Shown here piece by piece: positions 8,417 to 15,593 of a stretch of 21,497 nt of DNA; within the stretch, counting starts at the first letter, position 1, and every line of letters begins with the position of its first letter. The notes beneath the pieces were generated by a model. The model did not search any database. It was not told where the DNA came from and saw nothing but the letters and a program-made list of their open reading frames with translations. This stretch comes from an uncultured bacterium (GTDB taxonomy: Bacteria; Lernaellota; Lernaellaia; JACKCT01): NCBI GenBank assembly GCA_964591275.1, contig CAZQAE010000078.1, forward strand, positions 1 through 21,497. The letters run 5' to 3'. Position numbers and translations under genes: made by a program.

Positions 8417-8734
8417 TTAGGAACAAGTCGCGACGCAGTCCAGCAATACCTGGCAGTCTGTCTCGAAGGCATGATCGCAATCCCATGCGCATCCCCAGTC
8501 GAAACCCGTTCCGTCGTTGCAGGCGATCAACATCTCGTCCCTATACGTTTCGTTGAGGGTGCCGCCGCAGATATCGTAAACATCGCCAATGATATAGGCG
8601 CATTCAGTTGGCCCCACGTCATCGTCGCCATCATCGTCGTCGTCATCGTCATCGCCGCAGGCGAAACACAGACTCAAAATGACGCCAAGGGCGATTAGAA
8701 GCGCGATTGTCATCGGAAACTTGAAGCTTTTCAT
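8417..8734 (-). CDS. Secreted or lipid-anchored poly-aspartate protein 3: signal peptide, Cys-Gly, an Asp tract of 12 aa, and a 66-aa domain with 8 Cys
   Basis: The ORF-track ORF is 8417-8845. The ATG at 8734 is preferred because of GGAG 9 nt upstream on the minus strand. Sequence reads MKSFKFPMTIALLIALGVILSLCFACG-DDDDDDDDGDDD-VGPTECAYIIGDVYDICGGTLNETYRDEMLIACNDGTGFDWGCAWDCDHAFETDCQVLLDCVATCS. The acidic tract is encoded at 8618-8653 by the reverse complement of a gtcatcgtcgtc repeat. Confidence 0.65.
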   Translation of the reverse strand: MKSFKFPMTIALLIALGVILSLCFACGDDDDDDDDGDDDVGPTECAYIIGDVYDICGGTLNETYRDEMLIACNDGTGFDWGCAWDCDHAFETDCQVLLDCVATCS

Positions 8735-8919
8735 AATAATGACTCCATGGATGATTGACTGTTTGATCAGCACTTTAAAGATTGATTCTCTCGGGCAAAT
8801 TGTCAAGAGAGGAAAGAATGCATTGAAGGTTGAAAAAATCCCCATGCTTCAGATGCCCTTGCAAATTGGACGAAGATAAATGAATTAATGAGTATCGAGG
8901 TATTGACGGCATCTTAAAA

Positions 8920-10989
8920 ATGGCTGCGGCGACATCAATGTGGAATCCAAAGGAAAAATTATACGCTCCCCTGATGATATTTGGCATCGTGCTGATCCTT
9001 TGCCTGCCGATGTTTCTTAATCCAAAGGGAATCCGCTGCGCCGATGACTACCGCGCCGCCGATTGGCTCAATGACATCGGCCACCACCTCACGCTACGGG
9101 AGGGATTGCGCACCTACGGCGAGTTTCCGCTGCGCACGCATCTTTTCGGCGGCGGCTATCCCATTTTGGGTCACCCATCAGACGCCACGCTTTCACCGGC
9201 CTCCTGGTCCTTTCTCATTTTGCCCATCCATATCGCCCTGAAGTTGAACATCCTCATTCTTTTGTGGATCGGCGCTTTCGGCATTTATCTCCTGGCCAGA
9301 TTTCGACTTTCCTTGAAGCCGATATATGCCTTTTTCTCATCGGCCGCTTTTACCTTTTGCGGCTGGTGGCTTTCTTTCGCCCTCACCGGCTTTTACGTGC
9401 AGTCCTATTATCTCCTGACGCCGATGATCCTATATTTCCTCTTAAAACCAAGAGACTCTCTGCGCTCCGGGCTATACGCGGGATTGGGGCTGCTGCTGAT
9501 TTTCCTACAGGCCGGCAATGGTTTTTTAGCCGTTTTGCATTTTCTCATTCTCATAACCTTTTTTCTGGCCGCGCAGGACTCAGACAAAAACCATTCTAGC
9601 TCTCTGGCTCTTGCTTTTGCAGCGATAATCGCCGTATCCGCGGCTATCAGCTATCACGCTAAAATTACATGGATCGGATCCATCATGGTCTGCGTGGGGA
9701 TTGCCTCACTTCCCGTTTTCTGGCGCCCAGCACGCAAGCTGGCTATCGCATGGAAACCTTACCTCATTCGATTATCCATCGCGTGCGCGGTGGTTGTTTT
9801 CGTGGGATGCGCCAAGTGGATTCCCATGACTGACCTGCTCGACAAGGCCCAGTACGCGCACCATGACCTTTTCGCTCAAGGCGACGCATACCAGTTTGGT
9901 CCTGGGGAGCGGACCGACCGCCGCTTTTACTCTTCGCTTCCGGCCTTTCTGGGCCACATCAACAAACCCCTTTCCGCCAGGACGAACTACACTTACGGAT
10001 TTCCTGATGAGGAGGAATACGCGCCGCTCGGCGTGTCATACGGCGTCGCAATAGCCTTTGCCCTGGTCGTCGTTTTCCGATGGACCTCCTACTCGCCCTG
10101 GTTCGCCGCCTGGCTGTTTTATCTTCTCATATGCTTCGGCCCAACGCTGCCCACCGACCCGTACCGATCCCTGATATGGGGACTGCCGGGTTTTTCAAAG
10201 TTTTTTGATCCTTTCAAGTACTTCAATTTTTTCCTCGTTTTGCCCATGACCATCGCTTTCGGGTCCGCGGCGGCTATGGTCGTCAAGAAATTCGGCAAAG
10301 CGAGAATATGGCACGGAATTTTCGCGCTGCTCCTTTGCTGGCCCTTGCTGCAAAGCCTGCCTTTGATGTGGACGCTTTTCGAAAAACCGGACAGCGCACT
10401 AGCGCCGAGGGAATCCTTCCACCAAATTCACCACCTGGAAAAAGCGGAAGATTTGAGACTTGATTACCGGCAGATCCAAGAGAAAAATCTCGGTCTGCTG
10501 CGCAATGAGCGAGGACGCGCCGAAAGCGCCACGGGGTTTAATAATCTCAGGAGGGGCGTAGGCGTCATTGACTGGTATGCCGATCTGTTGCTTCCCGAAA
10601 ACGCCTTGCCAAAACTCTTTGTGCTGCCGGACGGGACGCAGCTTCCCAATCCGAGTTATCTCGGCGAGGCCTGGTGCCTTGACGACGCATGCCGCATCAA
10701 GGATTTTCAAATTACGATGAACACCGTGAAGATTACTTTTGCCGCCAGCAGTGAAACAACGCTCGTCGTCAATCAGAATTACGATCCCGATTTTGTCTCG
10801 GGCTTTGGCAAGCCGCTTGACTATAAGGGTCTATTGTCCATCCAGGTTCCCGGCGAGGGCGATTATGTCGCGGAGTTGAAATACAAACCAACAAAAGTTT
10901 TTGCGGGATTCGCCGTTTCGACAGCATCTCTCATTGTCTGTTTTTTGCTTCTGGCCTTTGCCCGCAAAAAAGAACGAAGCGAAAGCTAA
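8920..10989 (+). CDS. Polytopic integral membrane protein (689 aa), possibly a GT-C/YfhO-like glycosyltransferase
   Basis: At least 12 hydrophobic segments span the first roughly 470 aa. An early loop contains DDYRAADWLNDIGHH...FGGGYPILGHPSD, which faintly resembles the GT-C first-loop D-x-D/HP motifs. A soluble domain of about 180 aa follows, then a final TM helix and KKERSES, an arrangement reminiscent of YfhO. No RBS is evident at 8920 and the ATG at 8938 is an alternative start. The functional call is tentative. Confidence 0.45.
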   Translation: MAAATSMWNPKEKLYAPLMIFGIVLILCLPMFLNPKGIRCADDYRAADWLNDIGHHLTLREGLRTYGEFPLRTHLFGGGYPILGHPSDATLSPASWSFLILPIHIALKLNILILLWIGAFGIYLLARFRLSLKPIYAFFSSAAFTFCGWWLSFALTGFYVQSYYLLTPMILYFLLKPRDSLRSGLYAGLGLLLIFLQAGNGFLAVLHFLILITFFLAAQDSDKNHSSSLALAFAAIIAVSAAISYHAKITWIGSIMVCVGIASLPVFWRPARKLAIAWKPYLIRLSIACAVVVFVGCAKWIPMTDLLDKAQYAHHDLFAQGDAYQFGPGERTDRRFYSSLPAFLGHINKPLSARTNYTYGFPDEEEYAPLGVSYGVAIAFALVVVFRWTSYSPWFAAWLFYLLICFGPTLPTDPYRSLIWGLPGFSKFFDPFKYFNFFLVLPMTIAFGSAAAMVVKKFGKARIWHGIFALLLCWPLLQSLPLMWTLFEKPDSALAPRESFHQIHHLEKAEDLRLDYRQIQEKNLGLLRNERGRAESATGFNNLRRGVGVIDWYADLLLPENALPKLFVLPDGTQLPNPSYLGEAWCLDDACRIKDFQITMNTVKITFAASSETTLVVNQNYDPDFVSGFGKPLDYKGLLSIQVPGEGDYVAELKYKPTKVFAGFAVSTASLIVCFLLLAFARKKERSES

Positions 10990-10999
10990 TGGGAGTTCA

Positions 11000-12115
11000 T
11001 CACAAATTCTCTAGTAGAGCGACACACACCTTTTCGATATCGTCTTCACTGAGAAATTCATGACAGGGCAAACCTATTGCGCATTTATCCCAGCGGCGCG
11101 AGTTGGGAACCTGCTCGTCAGATACGGCACATTGTTTCTTATAATAATCCAGCGAGCTGATCGAACGGGCGGGAACGTTGCACTCTATGCCAGCCTGCCT
11201 CATGGCCGCGATAATCTTTGCTCGCTTCGCGCCCCCCGTCAGAGCTATGAAAAAAGTCTGATGATTCCATATAGTATCTGGCGATGCTTGTGGAAGGAAA
11301 TAAGCGTCGTGGGGACGCAGGCGCTCTCTATACTTAGCGCCGACCCTGACGCGAGCCGCAATGATGCTTTCAATCCGTTCCATTTGCTCAAGACCCACGG
11401 CGCTGGAAATCTCCGGCAGTCGATAGTTCATTCCGGGAAATAACAGGCGTTTGTCGGATACCGAAAAACCGTGCTCGCCATAAGCCCGAACGAATTCCGC
11501 CAGCTTTTCATCATTGGTGAGCACGGCGCCGCCCTCCCCCGTTGTCACGATCTTCCGGGGATGAAAACTCAAGATCGCGGCCAGGCCGGAGCATCCCAGC
11601 GGCTCGCCGTCCGTCATCGTCCCCAGGGCGCAGGCGGAATCCTCCGCCAGAACGGCGTTAATTTCTTTTGCCCATCGCTGAAGGGAGGCAAAATCACAGG
11701 GCAACCCAAATTGATGCACCGCTATGACGAAATCCGGCTTTTTGGTCGCGGCCCAATCCAGTGAATTTTGTGGAATGGAAAAATTATCGTTGTTCACATC
11801 GAGAAAAATCGGCATGGCCCCGAGCACTTCGACCGCACCGGCGGTTGCCGCGAATCCGTAATCGGGTAACGCAACCTTATGTCCCGGTCCGACGCCCAGT
11901 CCCCGCAACATGGCCAAAAGGGCCGATGTTCCCGAGTTTGTCGTCACCGCATAAGAAACCTGGAAATATTCACACAGCGCCCTTTCAAATTTTTCGCGAT
12001 AAACGCCTTGCGTGAGTCGTCCGCTTTGGAGGATGTCGCGAATCGCCGGAAGGCTCGCAACGCTTGAAGAGGGTGACGCCAAACGGATTTTGGGTTCAGG
12101 TTCGGCCATGTTCAC
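11000..12115 (-). CDS. DegT/DnrJ/EryC1/StrS-family PLP-dependent sugar aminotransferase (ArnB-like)
   Basis: Family-typical segments are YAVTTNSGTSALLAMLRGLGVGPGHKVALPDYGFAATAGAVEVLGAMPIFLDV and SFHPRKIVTTGEGGAVLTND, the latter carrying the Lys motif. The start overlaps the upstream epimerase stop by 20 nt. Confidence 0.85.
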   Translation of the reverse strand: MNMAEPEPKIRLASPSSSVASLPAIRDILQSGRLTQGVYREKFERALCEYFQVSYAVTTNSGTSALLAMLRGLGVGPGHKVALPDYGFAATAGAVEVLGAMPIFLDVNNDNFSIPQNSLDWAATKKPDFVIAVHQFGLPCDFASLQRWAKEINAVLAEDSACALGTMTDGEPLGCSGLAAILSFHPRKIVTTGEGGAVLTNDEKLAEFVRAYGEHGFSVSDKRLLFPGMNYRLPEISSAVGLEQMERIESIIAARVRVGAKYRERLRPHDAYFLPQASPDTIWNHQTFFIALTGGAKRAKIIAAMRQAGIECNVPARSISSLDYYKKQCAVSDEQVPNSRRWDKCAIGLPCHEFLSEDDIEKVCVALLENL

Positions 12116-13052
12116 GATACCAGTCCGCCGTTATTTTCAAGCCCGCTTCAAGGTCGATCTTCGCCGAAAAACCCAGAAGCTTTTTGGCTTTGGCGATGTC
12201 GGGTGTCCGCAATAAAATATCCGTGCCGAAATGAGCTTTATGCGTGATCCGGGATTCGCTGTCGGTCGCGACGACGATCAACTCCGCCAGCCGCCGCGCG
12301 GTCACCGCGCCGGTCGCATCGCCAATGTTGATAATCTCATCTCCGACGCCTTCTTGCCTGATCGCAGCCATTGTCGCCGCAATAAAATCATCGACAAAAC
12401 ACCAAGCGCGAACCTGCTCCCCGTCGCCGTAAACCACAATGTCCTCGCCCGCTAGCGCCGCGAGCGTCATATCGCGCACTGCTCCATTTCCCGACTGCCC
12501 CGGTCCGTAGATGTTAAAGGGCCGAAGGCAAACCACCTCCAAGCCCTTTTGCGCGCCCGCCGTCAAGCACAGTTTTTCTCCGGCAATTTTCGACACTGCG
12601 TATGTCCATCGAGGCTCTTTCATATCATCGACGGTCAGCGGCTGATCCTCGTGAGCATTGCCGGCATTTGTCCCGTAAACTTCGCTGGACGAAATGAAAA
12701 TAAGCCGCCGCGTCTTTTCCGTCAGCAACTCGAGGAGATTCATGGCTCCACCGATGTTGACGCGCAACACATCGTATGGCGCTTTATAATAATTCAGCAC
12801 ACCGGCAATCGCCGCCATATGCACGACAATATCGGCGTCGCGCGCAAGCTCCGTCAGCGGCGACCGGCCCAGCACATCGCCCTGGACCAATTCGATCCCG
12901 CTTTGCTTTGCGCGGTTCAGATCGCCGATCGGTTTCCGACGCAGATTGTCCAGCAGGCACACGTCATAGTCCGCGGCAGCCGCCAGCGCGAGGTTCAGGC
13001 CCAAAAAGCCTGCACCGCCCGTAATCAGTATTCTCGATTTTTTCATGGCCAT
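12096..13052 (-). CDS. NAD-dependent epimerase/dehydratase (extended SDR; UDP-sugar 4,6-dehydratase or UDP-glucuronate decarboxylase-like)
   Basis: N-terminal Rossmann motif ILITGGAGFLGLNL and catalytic YAVSKIAGE (Y-x3-K). At 318 aa it is the size of the UXS/ArnA C-terminal domain. Confidence 0.85.
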   Translation of the reverse strand: MAMKKSRILITGGAGFLGLNLALAAAADYDVCLLDNLRRKPIGDLNRAKQSGIELVQGDVLGRSPLTELARDADIVVHMAAIAGVLNYYKAPYDVLRVNIGGAMNLLELLTEKTRRLIFISSSEVYGTNAGNAHEDQPLTVDDMKEPRWTYAVSKIAGEKLCLTAGAQKGLEVVCLRPFNIYGPGQSGNGAVRDMTLAALAGEDIVVYGDGEQVRAWCFVDDFIAATMAAIRQEGVGDEIINIGDATGAVTARRLAELIVVATDSESRITHKAHFGTDILLRTPDIAKAKKLLGFSAKIDLEAGLKITADWYREHGRT

Positions 13053-13147
13053 TTTACTCGTTTACCCTCTGATGGGAGTATTTTCACAAGCCCTGGAAAC
13101 TGTCAACGCGCGAGTCGGCGTACATCCTTGGAAATATCCCTATCCGC

Positions 13148-14566
13148 GTGCTATCTTTCGCGGCGATGAAAAGCACCTCGTCAAACAACGGCCGCCGTTT
13201 CCTCCTCGTTCATCCGGGCGGGCCGCGCCGCGATCTCTTCGACCGCCTGGGACGATCCGACTCGCCGCCCCTGGGCATTCTCTACCTGGCTTCATCTTTG
13301 GAAGCTGCGGGGCATGAGGTCCGCGTTGTCGACTTGAATTTTCCGCGCCATGTAGACAGCATCAAACCTCTTTTGCAAAAATGGAGGCCGCACATCGTCG
13401 GCCTCGGCACACTCGCGCCGTCGTTTCAAGACGTCATGGGCCACGCGCGATCCATACGCAAGCAGTTGCCGAACGACGTTCTCCTCATCGCCGGCGGCCC
13501 AGACGCCACCGCGCGAACCGAATTGTACACGCAGGCGGATATCTTTGACGCCGTGCTTTTCGGCGAAGCGGAAAAGAGCATTGTGCGCCTTGCCGACAGC
13601 TATCCCACTATCCCCCAAGGCGAGGGGATTATTCCCTGCGGCCAAAGCGCCGGGGCCATCCCTGAGCCTTTGGATTCCGATTCCCTGCCTTTCCCCGCCC
13701 GCCATCTGTTGCCCTTGAAAAGATACCGGGGCGGTCCTGCCTACAAGCGGCGTCGATACTCTACAAGCATTTTCACGCACCGTGGCTGCGCCTACAATTG
13801 CTCTTTTTGCGAAAAAAGCGTTCACCACGGAGCGATGCGCTTTCGCTCAGCCGCCAGCATCCATGAAGAAATCCGCCGCATCCGAAGGGATCACGGAATC
13901 CACGACATTCGTTTCGTGGACGACGTGCTGATGATCAGCAAACGCATCCTCGGCGAACTGATCGATCTGATTCGTTATGACGCCGACCCCTTCGACTGGA
14001 TGTGCTGCGGCCGCATCGACCTGATGGATGAAAAAATGCTGGCCGAAATGAAAAAGGCCGGGTGTTACCGTATCGAGATTGGCATCGAAAGCGGCTCGGC
14101 CCGCGTACTGGATTTGGTAAAAAAGGGAACGGCCCCCGGACAGGCCCTGGAGGCCATGCGCAAGGCGCGTGTCGCCGGTATTGAAGTCATCGCCAATTTT
14201 ATCATCGGCTTTCCAACCGAAACCGGAGAGGAAATGGCGCAAACGGTGGACCTGTCGCTCAAAACCGATCCCGACTACGCCGTGTATTTCCTCTTCACTC
14301 CTTTTTCCGACGCACCCATCTCGAAGGATTTCAACCTGGGTTGGGATGACTTCGCGCCGGGATACCGCGCCCCTTCTCCCGATTACCTTGTGCCCTCCGA
14401 CCAAGCGCAGGACATGGTGGACAGCGCCCTGCGTCGTTTTTATTTCCGCCCAGGCTATATCCTCAGGCGCCTTGTCGCCATCCGCAATCCCTGGATTATC
14501 GCCGATCTGGCAGCATGCGCCGGATTATTTTTGTACCGACGGATTAAAAATATCATTTGTTCATGA
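13148..14566 (+). CDS. B12-binding-domain radical SAM enzyme (class B; probable methyltransferase-type)
   Basis: An N-terminal cobalamin-binding Rossmann-like region (FLLVHPG...LGILYLASSLEAAGHEVRVVDLNF...VLLIAGGPDA) precedes a radical SAM core with RGCAYNCSFCE (C-x3-C-x2-C). The start is either the GTG at 13148 (as in the ORF track) or the ATG at 13166. Neither has a clear Shine-Dalgarno sequence. Antisense ORFs 13292-13828 and 13847-14404 are rejected. Confidence 0.8.
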   Translation: MLSFAAMKSTSSNNGRRFLLVHPGGPRRDLFDRLGRSDSPPLGILYLASSLEAAGHEVRVVDLNFPRHVDSIKPLLQKWRPHIVGLGTLAPSFQDVMGHARSIRKQLPNDVLLIAGGPDATARTELYTQADIFDAVLFGEAEKSIVRLADSYPTIPQGEGIIPCGQSAGAIPEPLDSDSLPFPARHLLPLKRYRGGPAYKRRRYSTSIFTHRGCAYNCSFCEKSVHHGAMRFRSAASIHEEIRRIRRDHGIHDIRFVDDVLMISKRILGELIDLIRYDADPFDWMCCGRIDLMDEKMLAEMKKAGCYRIEIGIESGSARVLDLVKKGTAPGQALEAMRKARVAGIEVIANFIIGFPTETGEEMAQTVDLSLKTDPDYAVYFLFTPFSDAPISKDFNLGWDDFAPGYRAPSPDYLVPSDQAQDMVDSALRRFYFRPGYILRRLVAIRNPWIIADLAACAGLFLYRRIKNIICS

Positions 14567-14668
14567 AATTCCAACAGGGCGTCCTGGCCAGAATCTTCGA
14601 TGCTACAAAACAATCCAGTCGCATAAAGAATGAAATCAAAATCGCTTTTTCTTTTTGAGGGTTGTTAG

Positions 14669-15562
14669 GTGCCGTTTCCAGGTGAACTCGCCGCGCTGGG
14701 AACAGCGTGCTGCTGGGTGATCACGGCCATGTCCTTCGAGAGCGCGGGCAAGCGGATCGGATCGCTCGCCGTCAACCTGATACGATTAGTGCTGGCTTTC
14801 TTCTTCCTGGCCACACTCGGAGCACTCACCAGGGGCTTGCCGGCACCGACCGACGCTAGTGCGCATAACTGGTGTTGGCTGTCGATTTCGGGCCTGGTGG
14901 GTTTCACGCTCGGCGATCTCGCACTGTTTAGGGCCTTCGTGCTGATCGGCTCGCGCCGGGCGATCCTGATGATGTCCTTCGTGCCGCCGATGTCGGCGCT
15001 GCTGGGCTGGATTATCCTGGGCGAAGGGCTGAGCGCCGCCGACCTGACCGGTATGGCGCTGACGATCGCAGGCGTGGCGCTGGCGGTGCTGGAACGAAGC
15101 GACAACGCCGATGGCGCTCAAATCAAACCGATGGCGACCGGCATTTTTCTAGCTTTAGCCGGCGCACTGGGGCAGGCCGTAGGGCTAGTGCTGTCCAAGT
15201 ATGGGATGCAGGATTTCAACCCCTTCGCATCGACGCAGATACGGGTCATCGCGGGGGCCGTCGGTTTCGCGGTGATCTTTTCGTTTATCGGCTGGTGGCC
15301 CAAAGTCATTTCGGCGCTGAGGGACACGCCTGCAATGAAACGAGTCGCGCTGGGCGCGTTTTTCGGCCCCTTCCTGGGTGTCTCCCTCTCGCTGCTGGCT
15401 TTGCAGCATATCAAAACCGGGGTCGCCGCTACGCTCATGGCCACCACGCCCGTGCTGATCCTGGCGCCGGCGGCCATCGTGTTCAAAGACAGAGTCACTC
15501 CCAGGGCAATCCTGGGTACGCTGCTGGCGGTTATCGGGGTTTCCGTTCTGGTCTTGTCGTGA
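14669..15562 (+). CDS. EamA/DMT-superfamily transporter (10 predicted TM segments)
   Basis: GTG start with GAGGG 7 nt upstream. Two EamA-like halves are visible (TACCWVITAMSFESAGKRIG...; PMSALLGWIILGEGLSAADLTGMALTIAGVALAV; ...GVAATLMATTPVLILAPAAIVFKDRVTPRAILGTLLAVIGVSVLV). It is noticeably more GC-rich than its neighbours. Confidence 0.8.
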   Translation: MPFPGELAALGTACCWVITAMSFESAGKRIGSLAVNLIRLVLAFFFLATLGALTRGLPAPTDASAHNWCWLSISGLVGFTLGDLALFRAFVLIGSRRAILMMSFVPPMSALLGWIILGEGLSAADLTGMALTIAGVALAVLERSDNADGAQIKPMATGIFLALAGALGQAVGLVLSKYGMQDFNPFASTQIRVIAGAVGFAVIFSFIGWWPKVISALRDTPAMKRVALGAFFGPFLGVSLSLLALQHIKTGVAATLMATTPVLILAPAAIVFKDRVTPRAILGTLLAVIGVSVLVLS

Positions 15563-15593
15563 CCGCGAAAGTGTTAAGCCTGGCTTCTTTTTT

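Noticed and set aside
3234-8653. GAY tandem repeats considered as CRISPR-like or non-coding satellite arrays
   Set aside because: The repeats are in-frame inside ORFs with signal peptides and RBSs. They have no spacer/repeat alternation of CRISPR size and no cas genes.
8735-8919. Possible mobile-element remnant in the divergent region between poly-Asp gene 3 and the 689-aa membrane gene
   Set aside because: No inverted terminal repeats, transposase fragments or direct repeats are visible. A TTGACA-containing promoter-like sequence is present instead.
12549-13169. 206-aa plus-strand ORF overlapping the epimerase gene
   Set aside because: Antisense to a CDS with Rossmann GxxGxxG and YxxxK motifs.
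13292-14404. Minus-strand ORFs 13292-13828 and 13847-14404
   Set aside because: Antisense to the B12-radical-SAM gene, which has clear CxxxCxxC and B12-domain motifs on the plus strand. High GC suppresses stop codons.
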